Assembly (NCBI GenBank): GCA_964195235.1
Contig: CAXMOW010000001.1
Location: forward strand, 20,726-84,725
Reading direction: 5' to 3'
DNA length: 64,000 nt
Source: an uncultured Acidimicrobiia bacterium
GTDB taxonomy: Bacteria > Actinomycetota > Acidimicrobiia > Spongiisociales > ZC4RG35
Shown: positions 35,069 through 43,338 of the stretch, in pieces
Numbering within the stretch: the first letter of the stretch is position 1
Layout: each line of letters opens with the position of its first letter
Translations under genes and position numbers: made by a program
The notes under the pieces: model-generated
The model's input: only the letters and a program-made list of their open reading frames with translations
What the model was told of the DNA's origin: nothing
Databases searched by the model: none

Positions 35069-35470
35069 ATGACACTTGCACCGGCACGACTCGAGTTTTC
35101 CCAAGAGGACGTTGATGGGATCACCAAAGCCTCTTTGGACTATGTCGAGGGTTTCACCCAGGGAGATGCGGACCGACATGCTCTTGCATATCACCCAGAA
35201 GCGTTGAAGCGTCGCTACGACAAATCAGATGTGAGTGGCATCGACATCCTGGAAACCATCTCACCACAAGGGATGGTCGACTACGCCAGAACCGGTCATT
35301 CGATCGTTGAAGATATCCAACACGAAATCATCATCGATGCGGTATCAGAGGACATCGCATCGGTACGTCTTTATTCATCTAAGTGGGTCGACTTTCTTCA
35401 TATGGCTAAAGCCCGCGGTGAGTGGAGGATCCTGCATGTGGTGTGGCATCACGTGAGAACGGAGGGATAG
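35069..35470 (+). CDS. NTF2-like / putative lumazine-binding family protein
   Basis: 133 aa. The pattern ASLDYVEGFTQGDADRHALAYHPE...ASVRLYSSKWVDFLHMAKARGEWRIL is typical of the SnoaL/lumazine-binding-like fold. Confidence 0.6.
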   Translation: MTLAPARLEFSQEDVDGITKASLDYVEGFTQGDADRHALAYHPEALKRRYDKSDVSGIDILETISPQGMVDYARTGHSIVEDIQHEIIIDAVSEDIASVRLYSSKWVDFLHMAKARGEWRILHVVWHHVRTEG

Positions 35471-35485
35471 AACCGGTCGGTATAA

Positions 35486-35584
35486 GCGCGGGCGCCGTCG
35501 TACGAGAGACTGAAGGCGATCAAGGCGAAGTACGACCCTGAGAACTTCTTCTCGGTAAACCAAAACATCCCGCCCAAGGAGTAG
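35486..35584 (+). pseudogene. Remnant: C-terminal BBE domain of an FAD-linked oxidase
   Basis: My translation is ARAPSYERLKAIKAKYDPENFFSVNQNIPPKE*. This matches the berberine-bridge-enzyme C-terminal motif (Y..L..IK.KYDP.N.F..NQNI.P). An in-frame TAA lies immediately upstream (35483-35485), and the rest of the gene is absent. Confidence 0.7.
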
Positions 35585-35640
35585 CGGACGTCAGTAGCTG
35601 TGGTGGGGTGTTGGTGACGCCCCACCTAAGCTCAGTGAGG

Positions 35641-35997
35641 ATGGCCGAAACCTCCAGACCCATCCGTCCGATACCTTTGAAGATCGCCGGTGTAATCGGT
35701 TTTCTGAGCGCGGCTCTCTACTTGGCCGTGATCGTCGGAGTCGAAGATCGATCGGGTTTTCCCCAGGCGTACCTGTGGCTGGCAGTCATGGTATTTGCGG
35801 GTGTCCTTGCCTGGTTTGCCGATAGTGTCACCGGGCGGGAGCGCCGAATGGCGTTCGGCGCCACCGGGCTTTTCTTCCTTCTAGCGATGTTTTCATCACC
35901 GATATTTGTTGTTGTCTATTTGACAGCCACTTTCTTAGCCGTTTTCGGGTGGCTGGCCGTCAAGACTCCCGATCCTGGGGCGACGGTTGAGCCTTGA
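35641..35997 (+). CDS. Small integral membrane protein
   Basis: This is the inner ATG of ORF 35608..35997 (MAETSRPIRPIPLKIAGVIGFLSAALYLAVIV...). It has four hydrophobic helices. Confidence 0.6.
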   Translation: MAETSRPIRPIPLKIAGVIGFLSAALYLAVIVGVEDRSGFPQAYLWLAVMVFAGVLAWFADSVTGRERRMAFGATGLFFLLAMFSSPIFVVVYLTATFLAVFGWLAVKTPDPGATVEP

Positions 35998-36343
35998 GGG
36001 GACCTGGCTGGTCGAGAGTCTCGCGGTTGGAGGCGAATTGGTGCGACCACTCGACGGAGTTCGGCCCCTCACACTTGCCGTCTACGGCGAACAGGTGTCG
36101 GGAAGCTCGGGTGTCAATCGTTTCACAGGCAGGCTCGGACAAGGGCTGGTCTTTTCGACTTTGGCCGTCACAAAGATGGCCGGGCCAGAAGAATTTATGG
36201 CCCAGGAGGGGATATTCCTCGCACATCTCGAAAGTGCCGATTCGATCGAGCCGTCCAGTTCTGGGATACTTCTCCTGTCCGGCGGACTTGTGGTTCTCAC
36301 CCTGGTCTCGTCGGGAACTGCCAACGCATCCACGACGTCTTAG
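35987..36343 (+). CDS. META-domain (HslJ-like) protein
   Basis: 118 aa. LEGTWLVESLAVGGELV...VSGSSGVNRFTGRL...TKMAGPEEFMAQEGIFL matches the META/DUF306 pattern. Confidence 0.7.
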   Translation: MSLEGTWLVESLAVGGELVRPLDGVRPLTLAVYGEQVSGSSGVNRFTGRLGQGLVFSTLAVTKMAGPEEFMAQEGIFLAHLESADSIEPSSSGILLLSGGLVVLTLVSSGTANASTTS

Positions 36344-36424
36344 GGCTGTGGAAAAGAGGGGGGTTCACAAACCCCCCAAACTGCGTATATTTGACTGCTC
36401 GGGGTCCCCCACCCCTCGCTCTAT

Positions 36425-37441
36425 GTGCCCCTTGCGGAGGATTTTATAGATATGGCCGCCCCTCAGACCAGTAAAAGTAAAACCGAGAAGCCCCGTCGCG
36501 TTCGGCTCCATTCGAAGTTGACCGACGAACGCGGGCGTCTCACCACAGATCTTGTTTCCCAGTACCTGACCGCGATTGGTGAGTACGACTTGCTCAATGC
36601 CGAGCAAGAGGTCGAGTTGGCCCAAAAGATCGAGGCTGGCGAGGACGCCGCCGAGAAGCTCGAAGAGGGCACTTTTTCAGGCAAACGTGAAGAGATGGAA
36701 CTTCGTCGCCACGCTCGTCGTGGTGCCCAAGCCAAAGACGATTTCCTCACAGCCAACCTTCGCTTGGTCGTCGCCAATGCCAGGCGTTATGCCAACACTT
36801 CTGGAATCGACTTTCTGGACCTGATCCAGGAAGGAAACCTGGGTCTCATTCGTGCTGTCGAAAAGTTTGACTGGAGGAAGGGCTTCAAATTCTCCACCTA
36901 TGCCACTTGGTGGATTCGCCAGGCCATCACACGGGCGATCGCAGACAAGTCCCGGACGGTGAGGATTCCAGTACATCTCCACGACACATTGGCTGCAGTG
37001 CGCGCTGCACAGGCCTCTCTCAAGGCCGAGCTAGGGCGCGACCCGCGTCCCGACGAGATTGCCGAGGAAGCGGGCGTCACCACCGACAAGGTGGAGCTTG
37101 CTCTGAGCGTTGCAGACACGGTCTCGCTTGAGCAACCCATTGGTGAGGATGGCGCACAGCTCGGTGACTTCATTGAAGACGAAGATGCCGCCGACCCGGT
37201 CCAGATGACAGAAGAGATGGATGTTGCCAACTCTCTAAGGGTCTCCATTGAGCGCCTGCCCGAGCGTGAAGGGCGCATCCTGGCCCTTCGTTATGGCTTC
37301 TACGATGGCGTGCCTCGCACACTTGAAGAGATCGGCGATGAATTCAATTTGACCAGGGAGCGAATTCGTCAGCTCGAGAAGCTTGCTCTTTGCAGACTCC
37401 GACACCCCTCTTTCGGTATTCGTGAAGCGGATCTCGTCTGA
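36425..37441 (+). CDS. RNA polymerase sigma-70 factor, group 1/2 (RpoD/SigA-SigB type)
   Basis: 338 aa; ATG 36452 is an alternative start. Region 1.2 is [16 protein letters not shown], region 2.4 is [14 protein letters not shown], and region 4.2 is [20 protein letters not shown]. Confidence 0.95.
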   Translation: MPLAEDFIDMAAPQTSKSKTEKPRRVRLHSKLTDERGRLTTDLVSQYLTAIGEYDLLNAEQEVELAQKIEAGEDAAEKLEEGTFSGKREEMELRRHARRGAQAKDDFLTANLRLVVANARRYANTSGIDFLDLIQEGNLGLIRAVEKFDWRKGFKFSTYATWWIRQAITRAIADKSRTVRIPVHLHDTLAAVRAAQASLKAELGRDPRPDEIAEEAGVTTDKVELALSVADTVSLEQPIGEDGAQLGDFIEDEDAADPVQMTEEMDVANSLRVSIERLPEREGRILALRYGFYDGVPRTLEEIGDEFNLTRERIRQLEKLALCRLRHPSFGIREADLV

Positions 37442-37464
37442 GCGATACCTCGAGTTTCGCCAAA

Positions 37465-37495
37465 AGACCCGCTTTTCAGGCGGGTCTTTTTGATT
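37465..37495 (+). terminator. Rho-independent terminator after the sigma factor gene
   Basis: agacccgc-ttttcag-gcgggtct followed by tttttgattt. Confidence 0.8.
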
Positions 37496-37517
37496 TGTCG
37501 CTGAACTCATCGCGATT

Positions 37518-37895
37518 GTGAACCTTGGCGAGCTCGTTGGCGAGGCTCCATATCTTTGTGGGCCTGACACTTCGATAGCCGAGGCCGCGTCCGCAATGGA
37601 GAGTTCTGATCTCGGCTCTTTGGCCGTTGTCGAGGGGATGGAACTCCTCGGTCTCGTCACGGAACGTGATATCCGTAGCGCGGTGGCGGACGCAGTGCAG
37701 CTTGACGCCACTCCTGTCTCAGAGATCATGAGCGTGGATCCGGACACTTTCGATCCCGACCTTGACGTCTGGGACGCGGCCGCCTGGATTGCCGAGTCCA
37801 GATATAGCCACATGCCGGTCGTTGGTGACGACGGTTCGCTTTTGGGTGTGGTCTCCATACGCGACCTGCTCAAGTCGTTGGTGGACACCGTCTAG
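37518..37895 (+). CDS. CBS-domain pair protein
   Basis: 125 aa with a GTG start. It has two CBS repeats (LGSLAVVEGMELLGLVTERDI and SHMPVVGDDGSLLGVVSIRDL). Confidence 0.8.
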   Translation: MNLGELVGEAPYLCGPDTSIAEAASAMESSDLGSLAVVEGMELLGLVTERDIRSAVADAVQLDATPVSEIMSVDPDTFDPDLDVWDAAAWIAESRYSHMPVVGDDGSLLGVVSIRDLLKSLVDTV

Positions 37896-37989
37896 AGGAC
37901 CGACCACAGGACGATCGGTAATTCAAGAGCCTTCCCGGACGCTCACCTCTACAATCGACACCGCTCAGGGCCTCACAGCATCAGATGTC

Positions 37990-38020
37990 TTGACTTGAAC
38001 CACACTTGAACTTGTACCTT
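37990..38020 (+). promoter_or_regulatory. Candidate promoter of the ABC exporter pair with a 19-nt spacer, resembling the SoxR-box promoter
   Basis: TTGACT (37990-37995), 19-nt spacer tgaaccacacttgaacttg, then TACCTT (38015-38020). The ATG follows 11 nt later. It is 23/32 identical position-by-position to the promoter at 25252-25283. It contains a direct repeat ACTTGAAC x2. Confidence 0.45.
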
Positions 38021-38031
38021 GATCTGCCCAC

Positions 38032-39822
38032 ATGTCTGAACAGCAAATGACCCCATGGACCGTGGTCCGCGACGGATCTCGCCTTATTGGGCGATTCATC
38101 CGAATGCACCCAGCAGCCTTTGCAATCGCCGTGTTTGGTGCGGCGTTGTTCGCCGGTGCAATCATTGCTTCGGCGCTGGTCATCGGCTGGGTGACGGACC
38201 GCGTCATCATTCCGATCCTTGACGAGGGCAACGATCCCGACCTGCTCGCCCTCGCCGCAGCGGCCATCATCCTCATCGCCATCGTTAAGGCTGTCGGCAT
38301 CGTGATTCGGCGTACGTCGGCCGGGTGGCTCTCATCGGCGGTCCGGCGTGATGTGCGCAACGACCTTCTCGAGCACCAGCTGTCGTTGAAGATGTCCTGG
38401 TTCAATCGGCAGTCGATCGGTGATCTTCTGGCGGTTGCGGACTCGGACGTCCAGCAGGGAACCGGTGTATTGGGTCCTCTTCCGTACGCCACCGGGGTGT
38501 CGCTGCTCCTGGTAGGCACAATTACGATGATCGCACTGATCGATCCCTGGCTCGCGATTGGCACCGTCGTCGGCCTCGTCATCGTCATTTCCATCGACGT
38601 CCAAGGGAGTTGGGTGACGTATGGGATGTGGGAAAAGGTCCAAGTGATGCGTGGTGAGGTGTCTTCGGTAGCCCACGAGGCGTTCGATGGTGCTCTTACC
38701 GTGAAGTCGTTGGGGCGTGAGTCTTATGTTTCGGAGCGCTTCGGCTCCGTCAGCGACGAGTTGCGAGACAGAATCATCGAGGTCAATTCGACCTGGACCA
38801 AGTACCAGGTGATCGTTCGTGCGCTACCTCAGATGATCATCGTCATTGTCCTTGTAGGCGGTTCCGCCCGGATCTCGGCTGGTGCAATGACACCAGGGGA
38901 GATGGTGACTATTGCCTATCTACTTGCCTTGCTTTCGTTTCCAATACAGCTAATCGGATTTGTCTTGTGGGATCTCGCGGGCAGCCTCGCCGGATGGAAA
39001 AGAGTGCAGGATGTTTTCGATGCTGACGAATTCATCTCATACGGTGAGCGCACCGCCAGCGACGCCGTCGGAGCTGCACCTGTCGTCAGCTCCGCCGTTG
39101 GGTTCAAATACGACGTCGAACCGGTATTTGCCGGCCTCGACCTCGATCTAAATGCTGGCACCACTCTGGCTGTTGTCGGGCCGACCGCGTCGGGCAAGTC
39201 GACGCTGGGGCTGTTGTTGGCCCGGTTGTGGGACCCGGACTCGGGAGACGTCCATCTCGAAGGTCGAGATCTTCGCGAGTTTGCGGCATCTGAACTGCCC
39301 AAGGAGGTGTCTTATGTGAGTCAGAATACCTTTCTGTTTGACACCACGGTCCTGGGAAATATCACTCTCGATGATGAGTTCTCCGAGCGCGATGTGAACA
39401 CCGCGCTCAGGCTCGCTCGGGCCGACTCGTTCGTCGCAGAACTACCAGATGGTCTCGATACTGAACTGGGAGAGCGCGGGACAACTCTTTCGGGTGGTCA
39501 GCGCCAGCGGCTGGCTCTGGCACGTGCGCTCATTCGTAGGCCCAGATTGATGATCCTTGATGACGCCACCTCGGCTGTTGACCCATCCGTTGAGGCGGAG
39601 ATTCTCAAGGCGCTCAAAAGCGCCGCCCTGCCATCGACCATCGTGGTCGTCGCCTATCGGCCCTCCTCGATACGTCTTGCAGACGAGGTCGTCTACGTCG
39701 ACAACAAACGCATTCTGGGACACGGCACCCACGAGGAGCTTCTGAAGACAGTCCCGGGTTATGTCCGACTGGTCCAGGCCTACGAGGAGGAAGCAATCCG
39801 GCTTCAAAAGGAGGCGTCGTGA
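38032..39822 (+). CDS. ABC exporter, fused permease/ATPase subunit 1
   Basis: 596 aa with a six-helix TMD. Walker A is GPTASGKST, the signature is LSGGQRQRLALARA, and Walker B is LMILDDATS. Confidence 0.95.
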   Translation: MSEQQMTPWTVVRDGSRLIGRFIRMHPAAFAIAVFGAALFAGAIIASALVIGWVTDRVIIPILDEGNDPDLLALAAAAIILIAIVKAVGIVIRRTSAGWLSSAVRRDVRNDLLEHQLSLKMSWFNRQSIGDLLAVADSDVQQGTGVLGPLPYATGVSLLLVGTITMIALIDPWLAIGTVVGLVIVISIDVQGSWVTYGMWEKVQVMRGEVSSVAHEAFDGALTVKSLGRESYVSERFGSVSDELRDRIIEVNSTWTKYQVIVRALPQMIIVIVLVGGSARISAGAMTPGEMVTIAYLLALLSFPIQLIGFVLWDLAGSLAGWKRVQDVFDADEFISYGERTASDAVGAAPVVSSAVGFKYDVEPVFAGLDLDLNAGTTLAVVGPTASGKSTLGLLLARLWDPDSGDVHLEGRDLREFAASELPKEVSYVSQNTFLFDTTVLGNITLDDEFSERDVNTALRLARADSFVAELPDGLDTELGERGTTLSGGQRQRLALARALIRRPRLMILDDATSAVDPSVEAEILKALKSAALPSTIVVVAYRPSSIRLADEVVYVDNKRILGHGTHEELLKTVPGYVRLVQAYEEEAIRLQKEAS

Positions 39823-41582
39823 TAGCTGATTACACGACTGGCGGCCTCATCCGCAGGGCCTTCGTGGAGGCGCCGGTCTTCCGAGACGGGCTTCCTTTCA
39901 CCCTGTTTCTCGCGATGACAGGTCAAGCGATAACTGTCGTCACTCCGATCGTGATTCAACAGATCATCGACAAGGAGATCCTTGGGCCCGACGGCATTGA
40001 CATGAGCAACGTGGTTGCAATGGCGGCGGTGGCCCTGGTTGCCCTGATCGTCGGTGTCGTGGTAGGACGAATCTCTTTGTTGAGACTGGTTCAGACGTCG
40101 TCATCAGGTCTCTCCGATCTGCGTACCAAGACTTTTGACCACCTGATGCGTCAGTCAGTGCTCCATGTGCAGGCCGAACGGAGAGGCAATCTTGTTTCCA
40201 GGGTCACCTCGGATATTTCGACACTTCAGGAGTTCATGGAGTGGGGTGGAATTGGTCTCATCGTTGCGTCGAGTCAGGTGGTGCTGGCCACTGGCGTCAT
40301 GGTTTTCTATGAGTGGCGGCTTGCTCTGATCGCTCTTGGCGGCGTTGCGATCTACCTGTCGATGATGCGGTGGTTCCAACGAATGCTGGCGAAGAGATAC
40401 GACGAAGTTCGAAAAGATGTTGGCGCCTCGCTGGGGATACTGTCGGAGTCGATTACGGCCATTCCGATCGTTCGGGCTTATGGAACCGAGGAGTCGACCC
40501 AAGGCAAGGTTGCAGTTGCTCTGGAACGACGTTTCCGCAGCGAGTTCCGCACTTTTCGCTTCGGAAACACCCTCTTCTCGACCGCCGAGATCTTTTCGGG
40601 GCTTCTCACGGCAACTCTGGTGGTTGCCGGCGTCCTGATCGGAATCAATCAGGACATGTCGGCGGGAACTCTGATCGCGTTCCTGTTCCTGGCCAATCTT
40701 CTCATCGAGCCGTTGCAGGTACTTGTCGAGACGCTCGAATTCGCCCAGTCGGCCGCCTCAGGTCTGCGACGCGTACTCGAGGTCCTTGACGGTGACATCG
40801 AGATTGACGATCCGGCCGACGCCGAGGATTTGCGTCCGGGTGGATTGAGCGCCCGGTTCAGCGATGTTCGCTATTCGTACCCGGACGGCGACGAAGTGTT
40901 GACTGAGGTTTCGGTGGACATTGCCGTGGGTGGCCGGATAGCAGTGGTTGGCGAAACGGGCTCGGGCAAGACCACTTTTGCCAAGTTGCTGGTCCGCCTT
41001 ATCGACCCGATCGAAGGCGAGATCCATATTGGTGGAGTTTCCGCATCCCGGATTCGGCTGGCAGATCTTCGATCGAGAGTGGCCTTCGTCCCTCAGGAGG
41101 GCTTCCTCTTTGATGCCACTGTTGCCAACAACGTCCGTTATGGACGGCCTCAGGCGGATGATGCAGAGATCTGGACTGCCTTTCACGAATTGGGGCTTGG
41201 AGAGTGGGTCCAAGGTCTTGGGTCTGGGCTTGATACGCAAGTCGGCGAACGAGGCGGCAACCTTTCAGCTGGTGAGCGTCAACTTGTGGCTTTGGTGCGT
41301 TCCTGGATCGGATCACCCGACCTGCTGGTGCTCGACGAAGCCACTTCCGCTGTTGACCCTGCTCTCGACGTCGCGCTCAGACATGCCATTGACAAGCTGA
41401 CCGAGGGTCGGACGTCGGTGACCATTGCCCACCGGCTTTCTACCGCAGAAGGTGCTGACGAAGTGCTCGTGTTCGACAGGGGACGGTTGGTGCAGCGTGG
41501 CCATCATCGAGAGCTCATCGGTGAGCACGGGGTGTACGCAGATCTCTACGCCGACTGGTCGGCGGGTACCAAAAGCGTCTGA
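39819..41582 (+). CDS. ABC exporter, fused permease/ATPase subunit 2
   Basis: 587 aa. Its start overlaps the previous stop (GTGA). Walker A is GETGSGKTT, the signature is LSAGERQLVALVRS, and Walker B is LLVLDEATS. It is probably the heterodimer partner of subunit 1. Confidence 0.95.
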   Translation: MIADYTTGGLIRRAFVEAPVFRDGLPFTLFLAMTGQAITVVTPIVIQQIIDKEILGPDGIDMSNVVAMAAVALVALIVGVVVGRISLLRLVQTSSSGLSDLRTKTFDHLMRQSVLHVQAERRGNLVSRVTSDISTLQEFMEWGGIGLIVASSQVVLATGVMVFYEWRLALIALGGVAIYLSMMRWFQRMLAKRYDEVRKDVGASLGILSESITAIPIVRAYGTEESTQGKVAVALERRFRSEFRTFRFGNTLFSTAEIFSGLLTATLVVAGVLIGINQDMSAGTLIAFLFLANLLIEPLQVLVETLEFAQSAASGLRRVLEVLDGDIEIDDPADAEDLRPGGLSARFSDVRYSYPDGDEVLTEVSVDIAVGGRIAVVGETGSGKTTFAKLLVRLIDPIEGEIHIGGVSASRIRLADLRSRVAFVPQEGFLFDATVANNVRYGRPQADDAEIWTAFHELGLGEWVQGLGSGLDTQVGERGGNLSAGERQLVALVRSWIGSPDLLVLDEATSAVDPALDVALRHAIDKLTEGRTSVTIAHRLSTAEGADEVLVFDRGRLVQRGHHRELIGEHGVYADLYADWSAGTKSV

Positions 41583-41609
41583 GCCTCTCGAGTAAATACT
41601 CGAGAGGCT
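41582..41609. terminator. Perfect palindromic hairpin between convergent genes (bidirectional terminator candidate)
   Basis: agcctctcgagta-aa-tactcgagaggct, a 13-bp perfect stem, lies between the ABC stop (41582) and the Nudix gene stop (41611). Confidence 0.6.
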
Positions 41610-41610
41610 G

Positions 41611-42489
41611 TCACAGCTTGGGGGGTGGGATGTAGTTGCCCGTGGTGAACCGTCCGCTCTCAACGCCCACTTCCCACACGCTTGCCTTTGAGCAGTAGAA
41701 CCGCGAATCGAGGGTGAGTCCGGCCCACATCAGACGGTTGATAACGGCTGGGATGACATCACCGTGGGAACAGAGCACCGCGTTGTGGCCGAGCAGGGAT
41801 TCGACTAGTTCATAGGCGGCGTCGATGTCCGGCCCTTCAGCCAGTGCCTGGCTTACTTCGACCTTGGCGCCGATTCTCTTAGCGAGGGGTTTCACTGAGT
41901 CGATGCATCGCTCGTAGGGGCTGGTGACGATGCGTTCGATCTGCTTTTCGGCGAGGGTCTTCGCGACGATCTCCGACTGCTTCCGACCCTTCTTCGTCAG
42001 GGGCCGTTTGGGGTCATCGCCCGACCACTTGGTCCGGTCGCCGGCGGCGGAGTGTCGGAGCAGAAAGATGGTCCCGGTCTGCGTCAGATGTTTGTAATCA
42101 GCGTTCTTGATGAGAAGCCGATCATTCTTGTAGTCGAGAATCTCTTTGGCCTTCTTGCGGCTAACCCATCGGATCTTGTCGATCTCATCGTTTTTCTCGA
42201 AGCCCGGGCTGGACGGCAGGGGTCGCATCGCAAACCAGCGGACCTCCTTGACCCCGTTGGTGATTCGATGTCTCGTTGTTTCGAGTGGCGCAACAATGCG
42301 ACACACATAACCCGTTTCTTCCAGGACTTCCCTGATCGCGGTCTCCTCGGGTGTTTCGCCCTTATCGGCTTTCCCTTTCGGCAGCCCCCAATCGTCATAC
42401 GAGGGGCGATGGGCGATCAGGATCTTGAGGTTCCCTTTGCCGGTTCGGCGAAGGATCAGACCGCCGGCGGCCCTGACGACACGAGTCAC
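41611..42489 (-). CDS. mutT1: Nudix hydrolase / histidine phosphatase fusion (MutT1-like)
   Basis: 292 aa. The Nudix box is GKADKGETPEETAIREVLEETG. The C-terminal histidine phosphatase domain has LLRHSAAG...SHGD. As I recall, M. tuberculosis MutT1 has the same architecture. Confidence 0.8.
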   Translation of the reverse strand: MTRVVRAAGGLILRRTGKGNLKILIAHRPSYDDWGLPKGKADKGETPEETAIREVLEETGYVCRIVAPLETTRHRITNGVKEVRWFAMRPLPSSPGFEKNDEIDKIRWVSRKKAKEILDYKNDRLLIKNADYKHLTQTGTIFLLRHSAAGDRTKWSGDDPKRPLTKKGRKQSEIVAKTLAEKQIERIVTSPYERCIDSVKPLAKRIGAKVEVSQALAEGPDIDAAYELVESLLGHNAVLCSHGDVIPAVINRLMWAGLTLDSRFYCSKASVWEVGVESGRFTTGNYIPPPKL

Positions 42490-42508
42490 GGCCGGAAGGT
42501 TAGAGCGA

Positions 42509-42775
42509 CTACGACGCTTCGGTCTTGCGGGCCACCAACGAGCGAAGGTTGGTGCCGCCAGGAGTCAAGGGAGCGGTTAGCTCATCAGCCTTACTTAGGT
42601 CGATGGTCACTGCTCCACATTCGATACAAACCTGACGTCGAATGCCGGCGCCGACGTTTTGCGTCTCGCCAAATTCATGCCGGCCTTTTCGACAGTCGGA
42701 ACGACGATGTTTCTGGGCCTTGATCTCGGGATGTAAGTGACTCACTCCGGCCGCCCAGGTTAGATCGCGAAACAA
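42509..42775 (-). CDS. Small putative zinc-ribbon protein
   Basis: 88 aa. C-x5-H ... C-x2-C (CRKGRHEF...CIECGAVTIDL). The start is uncertain and no family was recognised. Confidence 0.45.
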   Translation of the reverse strand: MFRDLTWAAGVSHLHPEIKAQKHRRSDCRKGRHEFGETQNVGAGIRRQVCIECGAVTIDLSKADELTAPLTPGGTNLRSLVARKTEAS

Positions 42776-42798
42776 GAAATTGACGGATTCTCAGTCGT

Positions 42799-43338
42799 TC
42801 AGAGCTGACCGAGCAGCCAGTCCAGACCTGAGTCGCCATCGGGCGCGAGGTGGATATCGGCAGGGACTGCATCGATCTCTTTGGAGAGTGTTGAAGCCAC
42901 GGCTGCCCAACCTGGGCCGATTGCGACAGTGGGAATCGCTGATCCACTGTTTCGCCTCACGATGTGGTTGATATTCCAGGCGACGAGGAGCTCGGTGGCC
43001 GTACCGATCGAACCGGCGAGGGCAAGCGTCCCGTTGGCCCGCTCCATCATTCGCCCAATGCGGTCGGTGAGGTTGTCCGCCTCGATTAGCTCGTTTACAA
43101 AGGGATTGGCGCCATGACGGCCAGGGAACAGTGGTGGCGCCGTTATCCCGATGACGTGGCCCCCTGCGTCACTTGCTCCTTTGGACGCGGCTTCCATTGT
43201 GCCGCCGTATCCACCGGTAATCACTGCAAACGACGAACGTGCCAGCCGTCGGCCCACCATCTCGGCTTCGATCCATTCGGGTGAATCGGGTTCGGTTTGG
43301 GACGATCCGAAGACCGCTACAGAGCGGGATCGGATCAA
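42799..43338 (-). CDS. LOG / TIGR00725-type Rossmann-fold nucleotide-binding protein
   Basis: 179 aa. It has VAVFGSS...ITGGYGGTMEAASKGA and GSIGTATEL (a PGGxGTxxE-like motif). Its ATG overlaps the stop of the upstream E1 gene. Confidence 0.75.
   Translation of the reverse strand: MIRSRSVAVFGSSQTEPDSPEWIEAEMVGRRLARSSFAVITGGYGGTMEAASKGASDAGGHVIGITAPPLFPGRHGANPFVNELIEADNLTDRIGRMMERANGTLALAGSIGTATELLVAWNINHIVRRNSGSAIPTVAIGPGWAAVASTLSKEIDAVPADIHLAPDGDSGLDWLLGQL

Noticed and set aside
41582-41609. The perfect 13-bp palindrome as a possible operator or recombination site.
   Set aside because: It sits exactly between two convergent stop codons. It is most simply explained as a bidirectional transcription terminator hairpin.
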